64,000 nt of DNA, taken from contig CACECP010000003.1 in assembly GCA_902558095.1 (NCBI GenBank), forward strand, positions 80,308 through 144,307. The letters are read 5' to 3'. This DNA is from an uncultured SAR86 cluster bacterium (GTDB taxonomy: Bacteria; Pseudomonadota; Gammaproteobacteria; Magnimaribacterales; D2472). Shown piece by piece: positions 35,397 through 44,573 of this stretch. Within the stretch, counting starts at the first letter, position 1; each line of letters begins with the position of its first letter. The notes under the pieces were generated by a model that did not search any database, had not been told where the DNA came from, and saw only the letters and a list, made by a program, of their open reading frames with translations. The position numbers and the translations under genes are program-made.

Positions 35397-36105
35397 CAAT
35401 ATTCATACCTAATCTATCTGCAACTTGATGATAGGATTCAACAACATCACCCAAACCTTGTCTGAATCTGTCTTTGTCCATTTTTTTCATGGTTTTTGAA
35501 TCCCATAGTCTGCATCCATCTGGAGTAAATTCATCAGCAAGCACAATCTTATCTTTATAAACTCCATATTCAACTTTGAAATCTACAAGAATAAGACCTG
35601 AGTCCAAAAAAAGCTTTGAAAGTATCTCATTTACTTTATAGGTTTGTTTTTTCATTTCTTTGATTTGCTCTTGGTTAGCCCAGCCAAAAGAAAGAATATG
35701 CTCATCATTAATTAGTGGGTCCCCCAATTCATCATCTTTTAAGAAAAATTCAAATAAAGGATTCTCTAGCACCAGCCCATCTTCAGTTCCAAGTCTTTTA
35801 CATATTGATCCAGAAGCTCTATTTCTGATAACGCATTCAATTGGAAACATGTCGAGTTTATATACAAGCGAGTCAGTGCTATCAATTACTTCAATTAAAT
35901 GTGTTTCAACTCCATTCTCTTTTAAATGATCCATAATAAAAGCATTAAATTGATTGTTTACTGCTCCCTTTCCTAATAAAGCCTCTTTCTTTTTACCATC
36001 AAAGGCTGAGGTATCATCGCTGAAATGCATAATCAAATGATCATCATTTTCAGTGGTGAACATTGATTTTGCTTTACCTTTTGTTATTTCGTTAATTTTT
36101 TTCAT
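35389..36105 (-). CDS. purC: SAICAR synthetase
   Basis: GKAK, ECVIRNRASGS, LVDFKVEYG, DEFTPDGCRLWD, DKDRFR. Confidence 0.96.
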   Translation of the reverse strand: MKKINEITKGKAKSMFTTENDDHLIMHFSDDTSAFDGKKKEALLGKGAVNNQFNAFIMDHLKENGVETHLIEVIDSTDSLVYKLDMFPIECVIRNRASGSICKRLGTEDGLVLENPLFEFFLKDDELGDPLINDEHILSFGWANQEQIKEMKKQTYKVNEILSKLFLDSGLILVDFKVEYGVYKDKIVLADEFTPDGCRLWDSKTMKKMDKDRFRQGLGDVVESYHQVADRLGMNIET

Positions 36106-37088
36106 TAGCTTAAAGATTCGTTTATTTTTGATAAAAGTTGTTCTGAATCTGCAATATTACCATCTTTTGAAATAGCTCTAACAAAACTTTTACCATTCTC
36201 TTCTTTAATTGTTATTTCAAATTGAGATTCTTCACCAAGGACAATATCTTGAGGATTGTTATTACTTCTGCCTCCAAATAGACCAAATAAACCTCTTTCT
36301 TCTTCTTTGGCATAACTTACAAAAAATATGCCGTTACTCCTATCCCTATCATTTGTAATAATATCTGCTGCTATTAAAGCTCTACTAACCGAGGACCAAG
36401 CACGATCAAAATTTAAATCTAAAGCAATTACGGTCTTACCATCCTCTGTGAAAATATTAGCCTTTTTCATTTCATTAAGATTCTGTGCTGCTAAAGATGT
36501 ACCAGAAAAATTTGATACAGATGTGGCAAAATAATCCACTATTTTCTCAAGTTCTTGTTGTACAAATTCTGGATTGCTCTGAATATCTCCACTACTCTTA
36601 TTAATTTGATATAAAAATATTTCTGTAGAGGCTTCTTTTATGCCATGCTCAACTTTCATTTGTAACTTTGTTTCCATATTAAAATCTATTTCAATTTCTC
36701 CAGATATTGGATCAGCGCCAACTACTTCATATTTAGATGTGTCCCAATAATTTTTTGCAATTGGCCATGACGTAGAAGGAAGAGTCTCTATGTAAATCCA
36801 CATTAATTCACCCAGTCTTCTTAGCTGAACTGAACTATTTCCAGATGAAGCAAATATTTGTCTTGGTTTTGGTACTTCAAGGATGTTGTCAATTTCCTCA
36901 AGACCAACAACTGGATAATGATTTTCTGAATTGGGTTCTGATAAAGATCCAGGTAAAGCAATATCTTCTTCAATCTGCTCATCAAGGAAATCATATTTTT
37001 TATCAGGAAAGTATCCATCAGGCCCGCTTATAATTGAACAAGCACTCAAAAAAAAGGTTATCAAAAATAGTGAGCTGATTATTTTCAT
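36105..37088 (-). CDS. bamC: Outer membrane assembly lipoprotein BamC (NlpB)
   Basis: Lipobox LSAC, FDRAW...DRDRSNG motif; dapA-bamC-purC synteny. Confidence 0.82.
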   Translation of the reverse strand: MKIISSLFLITFFLSACSIISGPDGYFPDKKYDFLDEQIEEDIALPGSLSEPNSENHYPVVGLEEIDNILEVPKPRQIFASSGNSSVQLRRLGELMWIYIETLPSTSWPIAKNYWDTSKYEVVGADPISGEIEIDFNMETKLQMKVEHGIKEASTEIFLYQINKSSGDIQSNPEFVQQELEKIVDYFATSVSNFSGTSLAAQNLNEMKKANIFTEDGKTVIALDLNFDRAWSSVSRALIAADIITNDRDRSNGIFFVSYAKEEERGLFGLFGGRSNNNPQDIVLGEESQFEITIKEENGKSFVRAISKDGNIADSEQLLSKINESLS

Positions 37089-37978
37089 AATAATTTTAAT
37101 TTTATCATTTCTGACATTATATTTTCTTCAAATTTCTTATCAAGATTAACAAGAGGTAATCTAAGTGAATTTTGTATAAATCCCATCTTAAATAAGATCC
37201 ACTTTACAGGAATCGGGTTTGATTCAATAAATAATAAATCGTAAAGATTTTGATATTTTTTATTTATCTCATTAGCTTCTTCGATTTTTTCTTCGATTAT
37301 TAATTTGCATATATCAGATATAGATTTTGGTATAACATTTGCCGCAACTGATATTACTCCATGACCACCTGAAGTAATCAAATTAAAAAAAGACTCATCA
37401 TCTCCAGAGAAGATTAGAAAATCTTCTTGAGATTGCTTAGAGATTTTAACTAGCTCATTGATTCTCTTTTGATTATTTACAGCCTCTTTTATTCCTATTA
37501 TATTTTGGTGTTTAGATAATACTTCTAATGTTTCTGGCAAAATATCACATCCTGTTCTAGAGGGAACATTGTAAAGAATTTGTTTTATATTGCACTCATC
37601 AGCAATCTTTATATAGTGTTCTATAAGACCTTTTTGATTTGGTCTGTTGTAATAAGGAGTTACAAGTAATGAAAAATCTGCTCCAATTCTTTGAGATTCA
37701 GTTGTTGTTTCTATTGCCTGAGCAGTTGAGTTTGAACCTGATCCGGCAATAACAGGAATCCTTCCATTAACACATTTAATAGTATGTTCAATAACCTTTA
37801 AATGTTCATCAACTGTTAATGTAGCAGATTCACCAGTTGTTCCTACTGATACAATACCGTTAGTATCATTAGCTATGTGCCACTCAATTAATTTTTCAAG
37901 AGAATTAAAATCAATATCCCCATTTGAATTCATTGGAGTTACTAAAGCTACTAAACTACCATGTAATGCTTGCATCAT
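37085..37978 (-). CDS. dapA: 4-hydroxy-tetrahydrodipicolinate synthase
   Basis: VALVTPM, GTTGES, TPYYN, LYNVPSRTG, GIKEA, SNPIPVK. Confidence 0.97.
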   Translation of the reverse strand: MMQALHGSLVALVTPMNSNGDIDFNSLEKLIEWHIANDTNGIVSVGTTGESATLTVDEHLKVIEHTIKCVNGRIPVIAGSGSNSTAQAIETTTESQRIGADFSLLVTPYYNRPNQKGLIEHYIKIADECNIKQILYNVPSRTGCDILPETLEVLSKHQNIIGIKEAVNNQKRINELVKISKQSQEDFLIFSGDDESFFNLITSGGHGVISVAANVIPKSISDICKLIIEEKIEEANEINKKYQNLYDLLFIESNPIPVKWILFKMGFIQNSLRLPLVNLDKKFEENIMSEMIKLKLL

Positions 37979-38042
37979 TTTTAAAATAAGTAAAAATATG
38001 ACTATACACTATTTTTAAAAATAACTTACATAAGGAGAAGAG

Positions 38043-38510
38043 ATGGCAAAAAAAATGGTAGGCAAAAAATGCCCTAAATTCAAAGGAGAATGTACAAGTG
38101 GATTAACTTTATCCAATGAAGATTTTGATAGTTGCAATCTAGTTATTTATTTTTATCCAAAAGATAGTACTCCGGGATGCACAGCTGAAGGTCAAGAATT
38201 TAGAGATAACTATAAGTCATTCAAAAAACTTAATACTCAGATCCTAGGAGTCTCAAGAGATAGCGTCAAGTCTCATGAAAATTTTAAATTAAAGCAATCA
38301 TTTCCATTTGAGCTATTATCTGACCCTGATGAAAAAATGTGCAAAGCCTTTGACGTCATGAAGATGAAGTCAATGTATGGAAGAGAGTATATGGGTGTTG
38401 ATAGATGTACTTTTTTAATAAATCACGATGGAAAAATTGTTAAAGAATGGAGATCTGTGAAGGTCAAAGGTCATGTTGATGAAGTTCTGTCAGCTGTGAA
38501 AGACCTTTAA
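38043..38510 (+). CDS. bcp: Peroxiredoxin Bcp
   Basis: YFYPKDSTPGCT, GVSRDS, FPFELLSD; AAGGAG SD. Confidence 0.93.
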   Translation: MAKKMVGKKCPKFKGECTSGLTLSNEDFDSCNLVIYFYPKDSTPGCTAEGQEFRDNYKSFKKLNTQILGVSRDSVKSHENFKLKQSFPFELLSDPDEKMCKAFDVMKMKSMYGREYMGVDRCTFLINHDGKIVKEWRSVKVKGHVDEVLSAVKDL

Positions 38511-39466
38511 TATATTGATACATTCAAATCAGATACATTTGTAAGACTTCCTCTGATCATGCCTTCTGTATTGAAAGGCATAGATACATTAGCATCTTTA
38601 TCGATTGCAATTAGTCCTCCAGAGGCTCCAATATCTTTTAGTTCTTTAATTACAGCATGTGAAGAGTCTTGTAGTGATTGATTGAGGTATTCCATTCTTG
38701 TGCAGACTTCTTTTGCAACCTGGAATTTTATAAAAAACTCGCCATGACCTGTTGAAGAAACTCCACAAACTTGATTTTGGGCCCATGTTCCAGAGCCAAT
38801 TATTGGAGTATCTCCTACTCTTCCAGGCATCTTATTAGTCATGCCCCCAGTTGAAGTTGCAGCTGAAATATTTCCTTTCTTATCAATAGCAACTGCGCCA
38901 ACAGTGCCAATTTTGTCTTGTATTGTTTGGCTGTCAGCAATCTTACTCTTTAGCTTTCTCAGTCGTTTTAAATTCTTTTCTGAATGAAAATAAGATGGTT
39001 CCACAATCGTTTCGCCTATAGATTCAGCAAATGACTCAGCCCCGTCTCCAACCAAAATAACATGTTCTGTTTCTTCTAAAACTTTTCGGGCAAGTTTTAT
39101 AGGATTTTTAATTTTTTTTATTGATGCAACCGCACCAGCGCTTCTATCAAAACCATACATAATTGAAGCATCCATTTCTTGTGTTTCGTCTGAAGTATAA
39201 ACTGATCCCCTACCAGCATTAAATAAGAGAGAGTCTTCAAACTCAGAAACTACAAATTCTACAGCATCTAAACTTGAGCCACCTTTTTGTAAAATCTCAT
39301 ATGCTGATAATATTGTTTCTGATACTTTTTGTTCAATAACAAGTTGTTGCTCCTTGGAAAGGTTAGATAAAACACCAGCTCCTCCGTGAACTACTACTCC
39401 AAAATTCTGATTAGCCAAAATAAAATTACAGTTAATTAATATGAGAAGCCAAAGCTTTTTACTCAT
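38507..39466 (-). CDS. Isoaspartyl peptidase / L-asparaginase (Ntn hydrolase), with possible signal peptide
   Basis: VHGGAG, FNAGRGSV, EMDASIM, GTVGAVA (catalytic Thr), STGG..NK.PGRVGD. Confidence 0.92.
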   Translation of the reverse strand: MSKKLWLLILINCNFILANQNFGVVVHGGAGVLSNLSKEQQLVIEQKVSETILSAYEILQKGGSSLDAVEFVVSEFEDSLLFNAGRGSVYTSDETQEMDASIMYGFDRSAGAVASIKKIKNPIKLARKVLEETEHVILVGDGAESFAESIGETIVEPSYFHSEKNLKRLRKLKSKIADSQTIQDKIGTVGAVAIDKKGNISAATSTGGMTNKMPGRVGDTPIIGSGTWAQNQVCGVSSTGHGEFFIKFQVAKEVCTRMEYLNQSLQDSSHAVIKELKDIGASGGLIAIDKDANVSMPFNTEGMIRGSLTNVSDLNVSIY

Positions 39467-40520
39467 TTGTTGATGAAAATGCTGGCCATGAATTCCAAAC
39501 AGCTTTTATAAAAGTTGCCAGAGGAATAGAAAAGAATACTCCCCAAAAGCCAAACATGCTTCCAAAGACAAACACTGCAAGAATTATCACAAGAGGATGA
39601 AGTTTTACTGCTTCAGAAAAAATTATTGGCACTAATAAATTGCCGTCCAGAAACTGAAGAAATAGATATAACCCAATTAATAAATAAAATTGGGTTCCAA
39701 GGCCAAATTGAATTAGTCCTATTATGACTATTGGAATAGTTACTGCAAAAGCTCCTACAAACGGTATTAAAACAGATAACCCAACCAATACTGCTAATAA
39801 AGCTGCATAATTTAAACCAAATGAACCAAATAAAATAGCTGCGGCTGTTCCAACTATCACTATTTCAACAACTTTTCCTCTTATATAGTTACTTAGTTGA
39901 GTATCCATTTCCAACCAAACTTTGGAGAGCATCTTTCTATCTCCAGGTATAATTTTTACACATCCATTTATAATCCTTTTTCTATCAAAAAAGAAAAAAT
40001 AAACCAATATCGGAAAAATCATTACGTACAAAAGCATTGATAGAGAGTTTTGTATTCCAGAAATGGAAGAATTTACCAGGTTAGGCGTAATAGATGATAA
40101 CTCTTGAGATACTGACTGAAGAATAACTTGTAATTGACCAGATTCAACTAAAGCAGGATATGATGCAGATTTCTCTGCAACATACTTCATAAAGGCAGCA
40201 TAAAATCCAGGAATGTCACCAATAAATTTTGTTAGCTGGCCATAAAGTAATGGTAATAGCCATATGACCATTAAAGCCCCAATTATTATAAATATTGAAA
40301 AAGATAATATCTTAGCAATAGTCTCAGAAACGTTATAAGACTCTATTTTTTTTTGCAGGCCAACTAATAAATATGCTGCAACAATGCTAACAATGAATGG
40401 AGTTAATATAGCAGCAAAAAAACTAAAGACAATTAAAGTAAATGCAATTATCAATGTGAAAATTACAGTTTCCTCATTATTGAATATTCGTTTAAAAAAA
40501 TTGTTTAAATGCTTTATCAT
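39459..40520 (-). CDS. AI-2E family transporter (PerM-like)
   Basis: Multi-TM; YIRGK..E, LIPFVGA, QFLDGNLLVP, LHPL; divergent from bepA as in enterobacteria. Confidence 0.87.
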   Translation of the reverse strand: MIKHLNNFFKRIFNNEETVIFTLIIAFTLIVFSFFAAILTPFIVSIVAAYLLVGLQKKIESYNVSETIAKILSFSIFIIIGALMVIWLLPLLYGQLTKFIGDIPGFYAAFMKYVAEKSASYPALVESGQLQVILQSVSQELSSITPNLVNSSISGIQNSLSMLLYVMIFPILVYFFFFDRKRIINGCVKIIPGDRKMLSKVWLEMDTQLSNYIRGKVVEIVIVGTAAAILFGSFGLNYAALLAVLVGLSVLIPFVGAFAVTIPIVIIGLIQFGLGTQFYLLIGLYLFLQFLDGNLLVPIIFSEAVKLHPLVIILAVFVFGSMFGFWGVFFSIPLATFIKAVWNSWPAFSSTNE

Positions 40521-40641
40521 TGTTATTTGTACATTATATATAACATTTTAATAAAAATTACCAATCAGTTATATTGCTAAAAATAATAAACTTTCTTTAT
40601 ATTTAATGTTCTAAGTTAAAATCAAGAAAATTGTTAACAGA

Positions 40642-42078
40642 ATGAAAAATTATCTTTACATTATTTGTACTTTCATTTTAGTACATAATGCATTTTCTCA
40701 AGAAGTATCTTCTAAAGAAATTATATTACCTGAGCTTGGTGATAGGGTTTCTGGTGCTGTTTCAGCAGCCCAAGAGAGAGCTATTGGAGAAATAGTTCTA
40801 GAACAAATATATTCTCAGGCTCCTCTCATATCAGACCCTCTTCTTTTTGATTATACAGAGCATTTGATATATCGACTTTCTGAATACAGTCAAGTAAATG
40901 ATAGATACTTCAATGTTTTATTAATAGATGATAGCTCATTGAATGCTTTTGCTGCTCCAGGTGGAATTATTGGTGTTAATGGAGGACTATTTCTTAATGC
41001 TGATAATGAAGGGCAATTTGCATCGGTTATTGCACATGAGTTAGCACATTTAAGTCAACGGCATTTTGCAAGAAACGTTTTAAAATCTCAAGACAGTAAC
41101 CTTGCATCTGCTTTAGTAATGGTTTCTTCAATAGCAATTGCCCTAATTAGCAATAATCCAAATGCGATATCCGTTGGGCCTGCTTTTCTTCAACAACAAA
41201 ACTTAAGATACAGCCGACTATTTGAGAAGGAAGCAGATAGGGTTGGATTCGCAAATCTTGTAAAAGCTGGCTATAACCCAAAATCCATGGGTGAGATGTT
41301 TGAAAATATGAATGATATAAGAAGGTTATCTGGAGACTTACCGCCTGAATTCCTCTTGACTCACCCACTTTCCTCTTCAAGGATTAGTGATGCATTTAAT
41401 GCAGCAGAGGGTATTTCAGAAGAAGGAAAAAAAAGTGATTCATTAGAGTTTGGTTTAATGAAAGCAAGATTAGAGGTTTATTATGAAAAGATTCCTGCAA
41501 ATGCTTTAAGATCTTTTCAAGCCAAAGTGAATGACAATCCATCTGATGCAAATATTTATGGTTTAGCCTTGGCACACGAAAAAAATAATAATTTTGATGA
41601 GAGTTTGTCTTTGTTAAATAATTTAATACAAAAGTATCCAAAAAATCTCGTCATTAACACAACAAAGGTAGATGTATTATTATCTAATAACGAATTTTCA
41701 AGAGCTCTTATCCTTGTCGATAGGTTTCTAGAAATTTCTCCAAAAAATTATCCACTTTCAATTTCTAAGTCAAAAGTTCTTCTTGCTATGGAGAGATATT
41801 TTGAATCTGAAGAAATCATTAGAGATCAGCTGTTAAGAAGAAATGATGATCCGGAGCTATGGCTCTTATTATCAGAAATACAAAGAACTAGTCAAAATAT
41901 AATTGGTTATCACCAAAGCAGAGCTGAATATTTTCTTTTATTGGGTCAAGATGAACAAGCGCTAAATCAACTTGAATTTGCTCTGCAGCTTACACAAAAT
42001 AATTTTCAGGTATCAGAGAGTATTATGAATAAGATAGTTGAGATTAAAAAAGATTTAAGCAATTCTAGAGGTCTTTAA
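40642..42078 (+). CDS. bepA: M48 metalloprotease/chaperone BepA (YfgC) with TPR domain
   Basis: Signal peptide, NAFAAPGG, AHELAH (HEXXH), EKEADRVG, FLLTHP. Confidence 0.9.
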   Translation: MKNYLYIICTFILVHNAFSQEVSSKEIILPELGDRVSGAVSAAQERAIGEIVLEQIYSQAPLISDPLLFDYTEHLIYRLSEYSQVNDRYFNVLLIDDSSLNAFAAPGGIIGVNGGLFLNADNEGQFASVIAHELAHLSQRHFARNVLKSQDSNLASALVMVSSIAIALISNNPNAISVGPAFLQQQNLRYSRLFEKEADRVGFANLVKAGYNPKSMGEMFENMNDIRRLSGDLPPEFLLTHPLSSSRISDAFNAAEGISEEGKKSDSLEFGLMKARLEVYYEKIPANALRSFQAKVNDNPSDANIYGLALAHEKNNNFDESLSLLNNLIQKYPKNLVINTTKVDVLLSNNEFSRALILVDRFLEISPKNYPLSISKSKVLLAMERYFESEEIIRDQLLRRNDDPELWLLLSEIQRTSQNIIGYHQSRAEYFLLLGQDEQALNQLEFALQLTQNNFQVSESIMNKIVEIKKDLSNSRGL

Positions 42079-43291
42079 ATCTTTCTTTATTAAAGATTTT
42101 AATTCCTACTATGGATAAAACACCTGCGATGGGTATGCTTAATATTGGCATTAAGCCAATTCCAATCCCATAAAGCTTTCCAATTCCAATATAAATACTT
42201 CCAGTTAAGTCACCAAATCTTGTTAAAAAAGTATCAATAAAAACTGAAGATTTGTACCTATCATTTTTTTCTAAACCACTATAGACAATTTCTCTACTGG
42301 GTTTGTTGAATGCATATTCAAAAACTCTAAGAATTGCTTGTGATATTACCACCACACCAACACTTGGATAAAAGCCATATAGTATGAAAACAACTACAAA
42401 TAAGGCTCCATATACAATTAAAATAAACCTTATTCCGATAAAAGAAATAACAAAATATGTTAAAAAAACCTGTGATATCAATGTTAAAGGCGAAACTAAC
42501 TGTTCAATTCTACCAAATAACTCAATTCTTTCTGGAGAAAGATCTGAATATGCTTCGACTATTGGAATTGCGCATATCCATTGTATAGTCATCAAAAGAG
42601 TAAATAGCCAAGAATAGGCTGCAATTAATCTAATTTCGCTTTTTGTAATGATATTCTTTATTGGATCTAGTGCGGTGCCACCAACTTTAGTTATTGAATT
42701 TACAGAATTACTTGTATTAAAAATATATATAGCCAAGAGCATTGCTAAAAAAAGTAATATTGATGATGCTAAAACAAAAAGCTCCAATCCATTATTTACA
42801 AAAGAATCAGATAATCTAATTGCTAATTCAGATCCAAAAATTGCTCCAACAGAACCGCCAGCCATTATAAATCCATAAAATTTTCTAGACTTATAATTTC
42901 TGTATAAATTAATTATTAAAACCCAAAAAATAGACACTACAAAAAAAGAATAAATATTTGCCCAAACATAGAAAATTCTTCCAAGCCAAACTTTTTGATG
43001 AATGTCTTCAGCTGATATGGACCTTGAGTAGAAAAGAAATAAAAATAGATTAATTATTAAAAAAGAATAACAATAAACCACTATCTTTTTAAAATTAGAT
43101 CTTGATGCTATCCAAGAATATATTGGATTAATAAACAACATTACTAATGCTGTAAAAGCTAATAATATTATAAGAAAATTATCACTGTAATTTTCAACAG
43201 CTAATTCATTTCTTACTGCTCTCAATACATACCACGAAGAAAGAACCAAAAAAAATAAAAAGCTGGCAAGAAACAAATCTTTGGGTTTCAT
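42065..43291 (-). CDS. MFS transporter of the ATP/ADP translocase-like (TLC/NTT-related) group
   Basis: WYVLRAVRNE, FYVWANIYSFFVVSIFW, KPSREIVY...RYKSSVFIDT...RFGD motifs; about 12 TM segments. Confidence 0.72.
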   Translation of the reverse strand: MKPKDLFLASFLFFLVLSSWYVLRAVRNELAVENYSDNFLIILLAFTALVMLFINPIYSWIASRSNFKKIVVYCYSFLIINLFLFLFYSRSISAEDIHQKVWLGRIFYVWANIYSFFVVSIFWVLIINLYRNYKSRKFYGFIMAGGSVGAIFGSELAIRLSDSFVNNGLELFVLASSILLFLAMLLAIYIFNTSNSVNSITKVGGTALDPIKNIITKSEIRLIAAYSWLFTLLMTIQWICAIPIVEAYSDLSPERIELFGRIEQLVSPLTLISQVFLTYFVISFIGIRFILIVYGALFVVVFILYGFYPSVGVVVISQAILRVFEYAFNKPSREIVYSGLEKNDRYKSSVFIDTFLTRFGDLTGSIYIGIGKLYGIGIGLMPILSIPIAGVLSIVGIKIFNKERFKDL

Positions 43292-43312
43292 AAAAACATT
43301 ATGCCTTATGAA

Positions 43313-43388
43313 TGGTGGGTCGCACAGGATTCGAACCTGTGACCAATTGGTTAAAAGCCAACTGCTCTACCAGCTGAGCTAGCGACCC
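43313..43388 (-). tRNA. tRNA-Lys(UUU)
   Basis: GGGTCGC TAGCTCAGCTGGTAGAGC AGTTGGCTTTTAACCAAT ... GGTTCGAATCC ... GCGACCC ACCA; 76 nt, anticodon TTT, encoded CCA. Confidence 0.98.
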
Positions 43389-43415
43389 GTGGTAATACAT
43401 ACTAAAAGATGGTGA

Positions 43416-44069
43416 TTATTCCATATTTTTCAATAACTGCAAGGCCAAAGACGATGCAGTATTATTAGGATATTCTCTCACAACGAAATTATACTTATCT
43501 TTTGCTTTATCAACCTCATTAGATTTTAAATAAATGTCTCCAATTTTTTTGTGAGCTAAAGGAACCCTATAATGATTAGGATAAGAGCTTATTAATTCCA
43601 TGAAAAAATCTTTTGATTCGTCTAACTTATTGTTTATCAGAGAAATCTCTCCAAGCCAGAAATATGAAAGAGGTTTTTTTTCATCATCATTGAAACTTTT
43701 AACAAAGAAATTAAACAGCGTAAAAGCTTTGTCATAATCTTGGGCTCTTAATGCCTGATCTGCTGCACTGAATACCTGATCTTTGCTATTGGGGTCCTCT
43801 ATTCCTTTAAATCTAATATCTGTATCTATTCCAAGATCATCAATATTTCCAGACTCTTCATCAGAAGAATTCATAGATTCATCAATTAATTTTTCAATAA
43901 GATAATTTTGCGATTCTATTTTATTCCTAAGTTCAGCTATTTCTAATTCCAATTCTTGAATTTTAAGGAATAAGATGTCTGTTTTTGCAGACACATTTTC
44001 ATTTGCATTGGAAGTGCTTGATAGAAAACTTATTAAAACTATGAATATTGATAAGAATCTACTATTCAT
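43416..44069 (-). CDS. cpoB: Cell division coordinator CpoB (YbgF)
   Basis: Signal peptide, coiled coil, TPRs (YFWLGE...YP); follows pal. Confidence 0.85.
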   Translation of the reverse strand: MNSRFLSIFIVLISFLSSTSNANENVSAKTDILFLKIQELELEIAELRNKIESQNYLIEKLIDESMNSSDEESGNIDDLGIDTDIRFKGIEDPNSKDQVFSAADQALRAQDYDKAFTLFNFFVKSFNDDEKKPLSYFWLGEISLINNKLDESKDFFMELISSYPNHYRVPLAHKKIGDIYLKSNEVDKAKDKYNFVVREYPNNTASSLALQLLKNME

Positions 44070-44557
44070 TAATTGATTTCTACTCTTCTATTCTTTGAAT
44101 AACTAGTCTCATCTTGACCAAATGCAACTGGTTTTTCTTCCCCGAAGCTTTTAACTGTAATTCTGTTTTTGCTTATACCATTTAAAACAAAATAGTCACT
44201 AACAGCTTCAGCTCTTCTTTGACCCAGGGCTAAATTATATTCTCTTGTACCTCTTTCATCTGCATGACCAGATAGAGTGATATTAATTGATGAGTTCTCG
44301 TTTAATGCGTTTACCGCACTTTTTAAAGTTTGTATAGACTTGCTTGTTAAAGATGATTTATCAAATTCAAAATAAACAGTTGCATTTGCAAATACTGCCA
44401 TAGTGTCATAATTGATGTTCTCAGATCTAGCAGATGATGCCTTAACAGTTTTTACTTCATCAGAGCCAACATTTTCTTCTGTTACATTCATACTTGAACA
44501 GGACGACAAAAATATTAATACAACGACAAAATGTAATTTATTTCTTAAAAAAAACAT
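44069..44557 (-). CDS. pal: Peptidoglycan-associated lipoprotein
   Basis: Lipobox LSSC, YFEFDKS, GHADERGTREYNLALGQRRA, NRRVE. Confidence 0.96.
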   Translation of the reverse strand: MFFLRNKLHFVVVLIFLSSCSSMNVTEENVGSDEVKTVKASSARSENINYDTMAVFANATVYFEFDKSSLTSKSIQTLKSAVNALNENSSINITLSGHADERGTREYNLALGQRRAEAVSDYFVLNGISKNRITVKSFGEEKPVAFGQDETSYSKNRRVEIN

Positions 44558-44573
44558 AATTTCTCCCTTTAAA

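Noticed and set aside
43292-43415. tRNA-Lys as a possible integration site or genomic island boundary
   Set aside because: No integrase, no duplicated tRNA 3' end and no evident compositional shift.
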